Of a stretch of DNA of 64,000 nucleotides, positions 53,497-63,555 are shown one piece after another. The position numbers and the translations under genes are program-made. The notes under the pieces are model-generated. The model worked only from the letters and a program-made list of their open reading frames with translations. It was not told the DNA's origin and made no database searches. The DNA comes from an uncultured Gemmatimonadales bacterium (GTDB taxonomy: Bacteria > Gemmatimonadota > Gemmatimonadetes > Gemmatimonadales > GWC2-71-9), in NCBI GenBank assembly GCA_963847895.1, contig CAWKBO010000006.1, forward strand, positions 83,451 through 147,450. Reading direction: 5' to 3'. Each line of letters starts with the position of its first letter. The stretch's first letter is position 1.

Positions 53497-54037
53497 GGAA
53501 CGAATTTGGACAGCCGAAGGGCTGGCCCGCAGCGCAAAGCGCGAAGGGGTGACCCCCATGGATGGGGTGAGCACTAAAATCGTCTGGAACGAATTTGGAC
53601 AGCCGGAGGCTGGCCCCGAAGGGGCGAGTCCCATGGATGGGACGAGCACTAAATCGTTTGGAACGAATTGGGAAGCCGGAGGCTGGCCCCGAAGGGGCGA
53701 GTCCCATGGATGGGACGAGCACTAAAATCGTTTGGAACGAATTTGGACAGCCGGAGGCTGGCCCCGAAGGGGCGAGTCCCATGGATGGGACGAGCAATCC
53801 CAATCTGCATGCTGGGCGAATGCCCCAGCGAGGCCGGCGCTCAACTACGCCGATTGCCACCGATTCCGCCCGGAACGAATTTGGACAGCCGAAGGGCTGG
53901 CCCCGCAGCGCAAAGCGCGAAGGGGTGAACCCCATGGATGGGGTGAACACTAAATCGTGTGGAACGATTTGGACAGCCGGAGGCTGGCCCCGAAGGGGCG
54001 AGTCCCATGGATGGGACGAGCAATCCCGATCTGCATG
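53497..54037 (+). repeat. Six tandem ~73-87-nt modules (two sequence variants), GGA-rich on the + strand
   Basis: Module GGAACGAATTTGGACAGCCGGAGGCTGGCCCCGAAGGGGCGAGTCCCATGGATGGGACGAGCACTAAAATCGTTT. Variant modules carry a 14-nt insertion and compensatory stem changes. Confidence 0.9.
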
Positions 54038-54068
54038 CCGCGGGAACCTCGCAGGGAGTCTGGCGGCT

Positions 54069-54304
54069 TCAGTGCGTCAGCCATTGTTCGACCTTGTCGC
54101 GGCTCGGCACCCCGCCGGCATGGACGACCTTGCCATCGATGACGACCCGGGCGTGGACATGACGTTGTAGCTCATGATGTCTCGCGGCTCCTCGACCTTT
54201 TGCAGCGTGACTTCAATGCCCTTCGCCTGTGCAACCTGTTCGATCAGGGCGACTGTCGATTTGCACTTCGCACAGCCGGTTCCCAGTACCTTGATCTCTT
54301 TCAT
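54069..54304 (-). pseudogene. Small thioredoxin-fold protein (redox-active disulfide protein 2-like), one frameshift in a G-run as assembled
   Basis: MKEIKVLGTGCAKCKSTVALIEQ... Adding one G in CCCGGG restores ...STPGVVIDGKVVHAGGVPSRDKVEQWLTH*. Confidence 0.75.
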
Positions 54305-54337
54305 GACGGACTCCTTGCATTCACAAAACGATGATTC

Positions 54338-55384
54338 CTAGAGCACCGCGTTGAAGACGTAGCCCACGATCAGGATCCCGACTGCAACCACGCCGACGAA
54401 GGTGGCGATCAGTCGCAGCTTCAGGACCTTGCGCAGGATCACCATCTCCGGGAGCGACAGCGCGATCACGCTCATCATGAACGCGAGCACCGTGCCCAGG
54501 GCTGCTCCCTTGGCCAGCAGCGCTTGAACGATCGGGATCACGCCAGCCGCGTTCGTGTACATCGGCACGCCAATGATCACGGCCAGGGGCACGGCCCACC
54601 AGGCCTCCTTGCCCATGAAGGAAGCCATGAAATCCTCGGGAACGTAGCCATGGATTCCCGCACCGATCGCGATGCCTGCGAGGATGTACGGCCAGACCTT
54701 GCCGACGATTTCGCGCACGCCGGCTATCCCCGCATCAATGCGTTCGCCGAGGCCGATTGTTCGTTGCTGGTGCGTGACCGCCGTTCGAGGCATCTCGCGC
54801 ACCCAATCCTCGAGGTAGGCCTCCATAGTCAGCCGTCCAATGACCCAACCGGCCAGGATCGCAATGGTCAAGACCCAGACCGAGATACAGCATGGCGACA
54901 CGCCAGCCGAACATGCCGAACAGCAAGGTAAGAGCCACCTCGTTCACCATGGGTGCCGCAATGAGGAACGAGAACGTGACGCCCAATGGCACGCCGGCCT
55001 GCACAAAGCCAATGAACAGCGGCACCGCCGAGCACGAGCAGAAGGGCGTTACGACACCCAGGCTTGCCGCCATGACATTGGCGACACCTTCCGTACGACC
55101 GGCGAGCAGCGCGCGCGTGCGCTCCGGCGTGAAGTAGGAATTGATCATTCCCATCACGAATACGATGCCGGTGAGGAGCAGCAGCACTTTGGGTGTGTCG
55201 TAGAGAAAGAACTGCAGTGCTCCACCGAGGTGGCTGCTGCGGTCCACCGGCAGCGCGCAACAAGGGCTTCTGACAGCGGTGCGAGGGCCGTGTACAAGCC
55301 CAGCCAGGTGATGAGCGCCAAGGCGATGAACAGGGTGGGTTGCTGGCTGGGCCAGCGCCGCATTGCGGTGGAAACAGCGCTCAT
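54338..55384 (-). pseudogene. Permease (COG0701/ArsP-like), two frameshifts as assembled
   Basis: ...FFLYDTPKVLLLL...VVTPFCSCSAVPLFIGF...APMVNEVAL... plus the C-terminal half in ORF 54338..54901. Confidence 0.7.
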
Positions 55385-55847
55385 AGGTCAAAACCGAAGC
55401 CTTTTCAAACGCGTGTCTTGTCGCCATCCAGTCCAGCAGACGAACGATCATTCGAAGGGATGCAGCGGACGCCCCGGATTGCCGACGCACGATCAGGGCA
55501 GCCGATATCCCGGCGGCCGCACCGACGGCAGCAGTGGCAAATATAGGCGGATTGTCGCGGGCAATCTGTACGGCAACGCACGCTGCGATACGGCAGTCAG
55601 CGCCGGCGATCGCTTCCCAAGTCGAACTCCGTCGCAATGAGCTTTGCGACCACACTTCCGAGGCTATGGCGGTAATGCTCATCAGCGCTCGCCGCTCACC
55701 GCCCTGGCTCGGACTCGTATTGGCGGAGCATGCCCCATGGATAGACGAGCGATTCCAATCAATACCGGAGCGGCTTGCGGTCTTTCCGTTGCCCCTCTAC
55801 CAGCCCCTCGTGTAAACTGCGCGGCCGCATCGCGGGACAGCTTGCAA

Positions 55848-55924
55848 CGCGCCCGTAGCTCAGTTGGATAGAGTACCAGGCTTCGAACTTGGTGGTCGGG
55901 AGTTCGAATCTCTCCGGGCGCGCC
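55848..55924 (+). tRNA. tRNA-Arg (anticodon UCG), encoded CCA
   Basis: Acceptor GCGCCCG/CGGGCGC, D-arm GCUC-AGUUGGAUA-GAGU, anticodon loop CUUCGAA, T-loop UUCGAAU. Confidence 0.88.
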
Positions 55925-55932
55925 ATACACGA

Positions 55933-55969
55933 CAGGCCAGCGAGTTCATTCTCGCTGGCCTTTTTATTT
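55933..55969 (+). terminator. Rho-independent terminator after tRNA-Arg
   Basis: 11-bp stem AGGCCAGCGAG/CUCGCUGGCCU, 6-nt loop, UUUUAUUUU tail. Confidence 0.8.
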
Positions 55970-56121
55970 TGCCCATCCTTCGGCGCTGGCGTTCGTGCGG
56001 GCTGACACATGCGCGCGCATCGGGTGAGCAGTTAAAATGCCGCGTTCGGCACGGAGTTTCAGCTTCTCGTTGTGCTATGCCCACCGCGCTTCGCCGAATC
56101 CCATCCTAACCGGAATCCCGC

Positions 56122-57577
56122 ATGAGTTCGCACATCAGCAACGTTCGCCCCAAGCCCGACCAGGTTCTCGTCGACATCGTCGATTACGTGACCGAAGTAC
56201 GAGATCAAATCGGCCTTGGCCTACGAGACGGCGCGCAGTTGCCTGATCGATACGCTCGGTTGCGGACTCGAAGCGCTCGAATATCCGGCCTGCACCAAGC
56301 TGCTCGGGCCGATCGTGCCGGGAACGGTGGTGCCGAATGGCGCGAAGGTTCCGGGGACGCAATTCCAGCTCGATCCGGTCCAGGCCGCATTCAATATCGG
56401 CTGCCATGATCCGCTGGCTGGATTTCAACGACACCTGGCTGGCGGCCGAGTGGGGTCATCCGTCCGACAATCTCGGCGGCATTCTGGCCGTTGCCGATTG
56501 GCTCAGCCGCAATGCAGTCGCGGCCGGCAAGCCGGCGCTGACGATGAAAGCCGTGCTCACCGGCATGATCAAGGCGCACGAAATCCAGGGCTGCATCGCG
56601 CTGGAGAACTCTTTCAACAAGGTCGGCCTCGATCATGTCGTGCTGGTCAAGGTTGCCTCGACCGCGGTGGTCGCCGAGATGCTCGGGCTTGTCGCGCGAC
56701 GAAATCCTCAATGCGGTGTCGCTGGCCTGGGTCGATGGCCAGTCGCTGCGCACCTATCGCCATTCGCCGAATACCGGCAGCCGCAAATCGTGGGCGGCCG
56801 GCGATGCGACCAGCCGCGCGGTGCGCCTCGCCTTGATCGCGAAAACCGGCGAGATGGGCTATCCGTCCGTGCTCACCGCAAAGACCTGGGGCTTCTACGA
56901 CGTGCTGTTCAAGGGCAAGGAGTTCCAGTTCCAGCGTCCGTACGGCAGCTACGTGATGGAAAACGTGCTGTTCAAGATCAGCTTCCCGGCCGAGTTCCAT
57001 AGCCAGACCGGTGTCGAAGCGGCGATGACCTTGCACGGCCAGTTGCTGAAGGCCGGCAAGAAAGTCGAGGACATCAAGCAGATCACGATCCGCACCCATG
57101 AAGCCTGCATCCGCATCATCGACAAGAAGGGCCCGCTCAACAATCCGGCCGATCGCGATCACTGCATCCAGTACATGGTCGCGGTGCCGCTGATCTATGG
57201 TCGCCTGACTGCCGGCGATTACGAGGATTCCGTCGCTGCCGATCCGCGCATCGATGCCCTGCGCGACAAGATCGTCTGCGTCGAAGACCCGCAATTCACC
57301 AAGGACTATCACGATCCCGACAAGCGCTCGATCGCCAACGCGATGACGGTCGAGTTCAACGACGGCAGTAAGTTCGATGAGGTCGTCGTCGAATATCCGA
57401 TCGGCCACAAGCGCCGCCGCGCCGAAGGCATTCCGGTGCTGGTCGAGAAGTTCAAGACCAATCTCGCGCGCCGCTTTCCGGCCGAAGCAGCAGAAGGCCA
57501 TTCTCGATGTCTCGCTCGATCAGAAAAAACTGGAAGCGATGGCGGTCAATGAATACGTCGATTTGTACGTGATATGA
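56122..57577 (+). pseudogene. prpD: 2-methylcitrate dehydratase, at least 3 frameshifts as assembled
   Basis: DQVLVDIVDYV / [28 protein letters not shown] / [21 protein letters not shown] / ...[15 protein letters not shown]...DRDHCIQYMVAVPLI... Confidence 0.88.
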
Positions 57578-57728
57578 GCGTCATCTGGCGGCGCGATTCG
57601 CGCGCAGGAATGGCGCGAATTCGTTGCATCGCAGCGAGAGGCTTAGAATGAGATCGTGATTGTCGCGTTTGCGCGGTCGTTCGTCCGAAGAAAGGCCGCA
57701 GGCGCACCCGTTCAAGAGGAAACGTTTG

Positions 57729-59757
57729 ATGAGCAGTACCGCAAAGCACGCGTCCGACATCGTTGAGCGCGATCTATCCGCCGAGCCGACGCCGTTGCGC
57801 TTTGTCACCGCCGCCAGCCTGTTCGACGGCCACGATGCGGCGATCAACATCATGCGCCGGCTGATCCAGTCGCAGGGCGCCGAAGTGATCCACCTGGGCC
57901 ACAACCGCAGCGTCGAGGACGTCGTGCGCGCGGCCTTGCAGGAAGACGCCGACGCGATCGCGCTGTCGTCGTACCAGGGCGGCCACGTCGAGTACTTCAA
58001 GTACATGGTCGACATGCTGCGCGAGCGCGGCGCCGGGCCATATCCGCGTGTTCGGCGGCGGTGGCGGCACGATCACGCCGGAAGAGATCCGCGAGCTGCA
58101 GGATTACGGCGTCGAGCGCATCTACCACCCGAACGACGGCATGCATCTCGGCCTGGTCGCGATGATCGAGGATGTGGTCGCGCGCGCCGAGAAAAGTCGT
58201 GAATCCGCGCGATGCAAACGTCCACGCGAAGCACCGGCAGCGTCGACATCACCGATGAAATCGCGATCGGCCGCATCCTCAGTGCGATCGAGGATGGCGG
58301 CTACAGCGAAAGCGAACTGACCAAGCTGCGCAAGACATGGTCATCACCATCCGAGTCGCGCGGCGTAGCCAAGATCGCGCCGCCACGTCAGGCACCGGTG
58401 GTCGGCATCACCGGCACCGGCGGCGCCGGCAAGTCGAGCGTGGTCGACGAGCTGCTGCTGCGCTTCCTGCACGCATTCCCGGAAATGCGCATCGCCGTGC
58501 TTGCGGTCGATCCGACCCGGCGCCGTTCCGGCGGCGCGCTGCTCGGCGATCGCATCCGCATGAACTCGCTGCGCAGCCCGCGCGTGTTCATGCGCTCGAT
58601 GGCCACGCGCCGCCAGCACGCCGCGACCTCGCGCATGCTCAAGGATTGCATCGCGTTCCTCAAAGGCTGCGGGCGAACGGGCAGGGCTTCGACCTGGTCA
58701 TCGTCGAAACCGCCGGCATCGGCCAGTCCGACAGCGAGATCGTCGATCTGGTCGATTTCCCGATGTACGTGATGACCAGCGAATACGGTGCGGCCAGCCA
58801 GCTCGAAAAAATCGACATGATCGATTTCGCCGAACTCATCGTGCTCAACAAGTACGACAAGCGCGGCGCCGAAGATGCGCTGCGCGACGTGCGCAAGCAA
58901 TGGAAGCGCAACCGCACCGCGTTCCAGATGAAGGACGAAAACGTGCCGGTCTATCCGACCATCGCCAGCCAGTTCAACGATCCCGGCATCAGCTGGATGT
59001 TCGTCAACCTGTGCCGGCTGTTGCGCGAGAAAGTGCCGGGACTCGTCGCGACCGAGGACTCGGAACGCTGGCGACTCGTCATTGCGACTTCGACCCGCAA
59101 CTCGATACCTCGCTCAAGGAACCGCGCGCGACCGTGCTGATTCCCGGCAACCGCGTGCGCTATCTCGCCGAGATTGCCGAGGGGGACGCGCAATCAACAC
59201 CGACATCGCGCGCCAGGCCGAAGCGGCGAACAAGGTGCAGCACTATTTCTCCGCGTTGAAGGAACTTGGCGACGATCGTTTGCCGCGTGCATTCGATCTG
59301 TATCAGGGCGACGAATTGCGCTATGCGGATTTAGAGCAACCCCTCTCCCCAACCCCTCTCCCTCAAGGGGCGAGGGGCTCAACGGCAGGGGCGAACGCTC
59401 TGCCGCAAGGTGGGAGGGGCTCAAAGGCAGAGGCGCGCGTTTCAGCTCAACTGCAAGGCGAGGCCGGCGGAAGCTCTTTCACCTCTCCCCTCGCGGGAGA
59501 GGTCGACGCGCGCAGCGCGGCGGGAGAGGGGGAATCGCGGGGACGTGACGACGCGTCGAAAAACTCCCCATCCAGCCTGAGTGGAACCCAGCAACCCGAC
59601 CGCAGCCTGATCACCCTGCGCCAGCGCTACAACGAAGCCGTCAAGCAACTTTCATCGGAAGCGATCGAGCTGCTGCGCGAATGGCCGGCGCGCTCGCGTT
59701 CGGTTACCGACGAGATCACCGAATACTCGGTGCGCGGCAAGACCATTCGCGTCGAGA
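57729..59757 (+). pseudogene. icmF: Fused isobutyryl-CoA mutase IcmF, 5' portion only (B12 domain, MeaB-like GTPase, linker); frameshifted, and truncated at ~59757
   Basis: [21 protein letters not shown] (B12 domain), [12 protein letters not shown]...[10 protein letters not shown]...[12 protein letters not shown] (G-domain). Ends ...YSVRGKTIRVE; the mutase barrel is absent. Confidence 0.75.
59335..59535. repeat. REP-like GC-rich palindromic elements inside the icmF linker reading frame
   Basis: CCCCTC...GAGGGG at 59353-59377; CCTCTCCC-CTCGC-GGGAGAGG at 59472-59492; another GGGAGAGGGG at ~59521. Translates as ...SPLAGEVDARSAAGEG... Confidence 0.6.
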
Positions 59758-59759
59758 TG

Positions 59760-60653
59760 CGCCACTTCGTCGTCCTCGACGCCGAGATAGGCGGCGATGA
59801 CGCGCGGATCATTGCGCACGCTGTCCGGCGTGCCGTCGGAGATGCGCAGCCCGTATTCCAGCACGACGACGTGGTCGGATATCTCCATGACCACCGACAT
59901 GTCGTGCTCGATCAGCAGAATGGACGTGGCGTGCTCGTCGCGTATGGCGCGCAGCAGCACGTTGAGCATGGCGCTTTCGCGCGGGTTGAGGCCGGCTGCC
60001 GGCTCGTCGAGGCACAGCAGCACCGGATCGGTGCACATGGCGCGCACGATCTCCAGCCGCCGCTGGTCGCCATAGGGCAGGGCGCCGGCCGCATCGTCGG
60101 CGCGGTGCGTCAGCTCGATCCGGTCAAGCCAGTAGCGCGCGATGTTCACCGCGGCCGCCTCGGCCTGCTTGTAGATCGGTGAACCGACGAGGCCGAGCAG
60201 CGACCACCCGGAGGCGTGCATCAGCGGGTTGTGCTGGGCGATGATAAGGTTCTCTAAAACCGTCATGCCGGGAAACAGGCGGATGTTCTGGAACGTGCGG
60301 GCGACGCGCGCGCGCCGGGCGATTTCGAAATCGGGCATGCGCTCGAGCAGGAACAGCCCGTCGGCACCCATGTGCTCGCCGCGGCATACGTAGCGCCGGC
60401 TCGATGCCGTGAGGTCGGCAACCGCCTGCGGCTCGATAGGGCCGCCGGTCGACAGCGCCATGAGGCCGCTGGTCGGTTTGTAGAAGCCGGTGATGCAATT
60501 GAACACGGTCGTCTTGCCGGCGCCGTTGGGGCCGATGAGGGCGGTGATGTCGCCGCGGCCGACGGAGAACGACAGGTCGCGCACGGCGACGAGGCCGCCA
60601 AAACGCATGGTGAGGCCTTCGACGACGAGCAGCGGGTCACGCAGCCAGCGCAT
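59760..60653 (-). CDS. livG: Branched-chain amino acid ABC transporter ATP-binding protein LivG, 3' end cut at the junction (no native stop)
   Basis: MRFGGLVAVRDLSFSV..GDITALIGPNGAGKTT...LPYGDQRRLEIVRA...LLCLDEPAAGLN...IAAYLGVEDDEV. Confidence 0.85.
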
Positions 60654-62056
60654 CAGCCGTGCCCCTCCTTGACGTGGGCGCTGGATACCGCCTTGGCCTC
60701 GTTGAGCGCGATCGACGGCTCGCGCGCGGCGATCAGACCGCGCGGGCGCCACACCATCACCAGCACCATGGCGAGGCCGAAGATGAGCATGCGGTATTGG
60801 CCAGGATCGAAGTCGGGACCGAAGATCGACTTCATCCAGTCGAGTTCGCGCAGCAACTCGATGCCGCCGATGACCACCACCGCCGCGACCGCGACGCCGG
60901 TCAGCGAGCCCATGCCGCCAAGCACGACGATGGCAAGGACGGTCGCCGATTCCATGAACTCGAACGAGCGCGGCGTGACGAAACCCTGCCGCGCTCCGAA
61001 GAAGGCGCCCGCGAAGCCGCCGAACAGGGCGCCCATGGCGAAGGCAGTGAGCTTGGTGTTGACGGTGTTGATGCCGAGCGAGCGGCAGGCGATCTCGTCC
61101 TCGCGCAGGGCTTCCCAGGCGCGCCCGATAGGCAGCCGCCGCATGCGCTGGGTGATGAAGGCGACCAGCAGCGCCAAGCCTAAGATCACGTAATAGAGGA
61201 AGATGACCCGATGCAGCGTCGGCGAGCCGGGCAGATGGAAGACATCGGCGAACGTCGTCTCGCCGGTGCGTGAGGTGAACGGCAAGCCGAAGAAGGTGAT
61301 GTACGGGGTCTGCATGCCGACGTTGCCGTTGGTCAGCGCGACCCAGTTGATGAGCACCAGGCGGATGATCTCGCCGAAGGCCAGCGTGACGATGGCGAGA
61401 TAGTCGCCGCGCAGCCGCAGCACCGGCATGCCGAGCAGGATGCCCCAGAAGGCGGCGAGGATGCCGGCGATAGGCAGGCAGACCCAGAATGCCCACGGCC
61501 CGAGCGCGGGCAGCGTCGCCGGGATCACGTAGGTGGCGATGATGGCGTAGGCGTAGGCGCCGACCGCATAGAACGCGACATAGCCGAGGTCCAACAGGCC
61601 GGCGAGGCCGACGACGATGTTGAGCCCCCAGGCCAGCATCACGTAGATGAGGATCTGCACGCCGAAATTGTCGATCCACTTGATGGCGCCGGCCTGCCCG
61701 GTCAGCGTCACCGCCGCCCAGGGAAAGATCAGCAGCGCGGCGAGCCCGAGACGCGGCAGCCACGCCTTATGGTGAGCGCCGAGTGCGAGAGGCGGGAAGA
61801 GCACGCGGGGGGCGGGACGCGGATGCGCGTAGAGGCGCCACAGCAGCCGGCCGGCGAATACGGTGAAGACGAACAGCGCGGTGAGGTAGGGCCGCACATC
61901 GAGAACGGGCTGGTGGGAGAAGTTCAGATCGGTGCGGAAGGCGATGAGCGGAAAGCACAGCCCGAGCGCGACCAGCGCCCACATCGCCGCGTCCTTGATC
62001 ATGTCCCGCATGGGGATCGATGCGGGCGGCAGCCCGCCCTGGCCGCCCAAGCTCAT
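60653..62056 (-). CDS. livM: Branched-chain amino acid ABC transporter permease LivM
   Basis: 467-aa multi-TM ORF (...LLDLGYVAFYAVGAY...). ATGA overlap with livG; starts 3 nt after the livH stop. Confidence 0.85.
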   Translation of the reverse strand: MSLGGQGGLPPASIPMRDMIKDAAMWALVALGLCFPLIAFRTDLNFSHQPVLDVRPYLTALFVFTVFAGRLLWRLYAHPRPAPRVLFPPLALGAHHKAWLPRLGLAALLIFPWAAVTLTGQAGAIKWIDNFGVQILIYVMLAWGLNIVVGLAGLLDLGYVAFYAVGAYAYAIIATYVIPATLPALGPWAFWVCLPIAGILAAFWGILLGMPVLRLRGDYLAIVTLAFGEIIRLVLINWVALTNGNVGMQTPYITFFGLPFTSRTGETTFADVFHLPGSPTLHRVIFLYYVILGLALLVAFITQRMRRLPIGRAWEALREDEIACRSLGINTVNTKLTAFAMGALFGGFAGAFFGARQGFVTPRSFEFMESATVLAIVVLGGMGSLTGVAVAAVVVIGGIELLRELDWMKSIFGPDFDPGQYRMLIFGLAMVLVMVWRPRGLIAAREPSIALNEAKAVSSAHVKEGHG

Positions 62057-62059
62057 CGA

Positions 62060-62974
62060 TCAGACCTTCTCGACGTCCGGCCGGCCGAGCAGGCCGGAGG
62101 GGAGGAAAATCAGCACAACGGCAAGAATAGAGAACGCAGCAACATCCTTGTAGTCGATTGAAAAGTACGCCGACCACATCGTCTCGATCAGTCCAATCAG
62201 TAGACCGCCAATGACGGCGCCAGGCAGTGAGCCGATGCCGCCGAGGACGGCGGCGGTGAACGCTTTGACGCCGGGGGTGAAGCCGTCGGAGAAATTCACG
62301 ACGCCGTAGTAGGTCATGAACATCATGCCGGCCACCGCGGCCAAGGCGCCGCCGATGACGAAGGTGAGCGACACGGTGCGGTTCACGTCGATGCCGATCA
62401 GCGCCGCCATGCGCCGATCCTGTTCGCAGGCGCGCTGCGCGCGGCCGAGCCGCGTCTTCTGCACCAGCGCCCAGAAGGCGACCAGCAGCACTGCCGTGAC
62501 GACAAAGATGAGGAACTGCTTTTCCGAGATCGTGACGCTGCCGCTACCGACCGGGATGCTGATCACATCGTTGAGCATCGGCGGCACCGGCTTGTTGCGC
62601 GGTCCCTGCGCCACCTGCACGAAGTTCGACAGGAATATCGACATGCCGATGGCCGAGATGAGCGGTGCCAGGCGGAATGATCCGGCCAACGGCCGGTAGG
62701 CGATGCGCTCGATGACCCAGCTCCACAAGGCGGTCAGGGCCATGCCGAGCACGAGCACGATCAGCAGCGCGAGGCCGATGGAGGTGAGCCCGAGGATCTG
62801 CGTCAGGATGAGGAACAGGATGAGGGCAATAAAAGCGGAGACCATGAACACGTCGCCGTGGGCGAAGTTCACCATGCCGATGATGCCGAATACCATCGTG
62901 TAACCGATGGCAATGAGCCCGTAGATGGAGCCGAGCGTCAGACCGTTGATCAGCTGCTGAACGAAATAATCCAT
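62060..62974 (-). CDS. livH: Branched-chain amino acid ABC transporter permease LivH
   Basis: MDYFVQQLINGLTLGSIYGLIAIGYTMVFGIIGMVNFAHGD. Confidence 0.9.
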   Translation of the reverse strand: MDYFVQQLINGLTLGSIYGLIAIGYTMVFGIIGMVNFAHGDVFMVSAFIALILFLILTQILGLTSIGLALLIVLVLGMALTALWSWVIERIAYRPLAGSFRLAPLISAIGMSIFLSNFVQVAQGPRNKPVPPMLNDVISIPVGSGSVTISEKQFLIFVVTAVLLVAFWALVQKTRLGRAQRACEQDRRMAALIGIDVNRTVSLTFVIGGALAAVAGMMFMTYYGVVNFSDGFTPGVKAFTAAVLGGIGSLPGAVIGGLLIGLIETMWSAYFSIDYKDVAAFSILAVVLIFLPSGLLGRPDVEKV

Positions 62975-63004
62975 GCGTCCCCCGTCGCCCGAACTCCTCG
63001 TACC

Positions 63005-63247
63005 CTAGAGCAAAAGATGCGATCCGTCGCAGAACGGCTCGTCGTCGGTCTGCTTGCAGCCGCAGATGTTGAAGGTGCCGGAGTGATCGACGACGAAGCG
63101 CAGGGGCTCGATGCCGGTGCCGGTGTGCGTGCCGTCGCAGAAGGGCTGCTTCTGCGAGCGCCCGCAGCGGCAGTAGAAGTAGGGCTTTCCTTCGGTGAGT
63201 TCGACCTGATAGGGCCCTGCCTGCGCGACGATCGCCTCTTCTGCCAT
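63005..63247 (-). CDS. CDGSH iron-sulfur domain protein (two CDGSH-type motifs)
   Basis: CRCGRSQKQPFCDGTH and CGCKQTDDEPFCDGSH. Confidence 0.85.
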   Translation of the reverse strand: MAEEAIVAQAGPYQVELTEGKPYFYCRCGRSQKQPFCDGTHTGTGIEPLRFVVDHSGTFNICGCKQTDDEPFCDGSHLLL

Positions 63248-63555
63248 GGGCGCCTCTCCCTGCCTGCGTGGCGCCGCATTTCGGCGTCGCCCGTCGATCC
63301 ATTTGTAGATGGCTAGCGGCTTCGGTGCAGCGCGACAAGCCCGGCGCGCTGATGTGGGTCGCTAGATTGCGCGGCGAATCGCGCATCGACGTGCCTTGCC
63401 GGTCACACATGCGGCCCGCGGGCGGGAAAGGGCGTGCGCGCAGCTCCGCTCGGCGCGCCGGCATGGCGGCGAATTGTGCGAATTCTCAGCCTCGGTGCGC
63501 GGCCGGAAGACGGCACGTCGCGGCGCCGTCGCGACTCCTAGGGTGGGAAGGCGGA

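Noticed and set aside
53276-53950. 224-aa minus-strand ORF with repeated 'LVPSMGLAPSGPASG' (and the + strand ORFs 53595..54170, 53668..53928)
   Set aside because: These are translations of the tandem DNA modules in several frames and on both strands. There is no ribosome-binding site, and one of them overlaps the tRNA-Ser region.
53497-54037. Possible CRISPR array
   Set aside because: The whole ~73-nt unit repeats, so there are no unique spacers between short repeats. Units come in two variants with long shared stretches. No cas genes are nearby.
55385-55690. N-terminal extension of ORF 54735..55682 (-) as an ArsR-type regulator or membrane protein
   Set aside because: No helix-turn-helix or other motif is recognisable in any minus-strand frame. 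The region lies in the indel-rich tract, so it is left unassigned.
59082-60182. 366-aa ORF spanning the icmF linker into antisense livG, as a real fusion protein
   Set aside because: The second half is the reverse complement of well-conserved LivG codons. The continuity is a by-product of the breakpoint.
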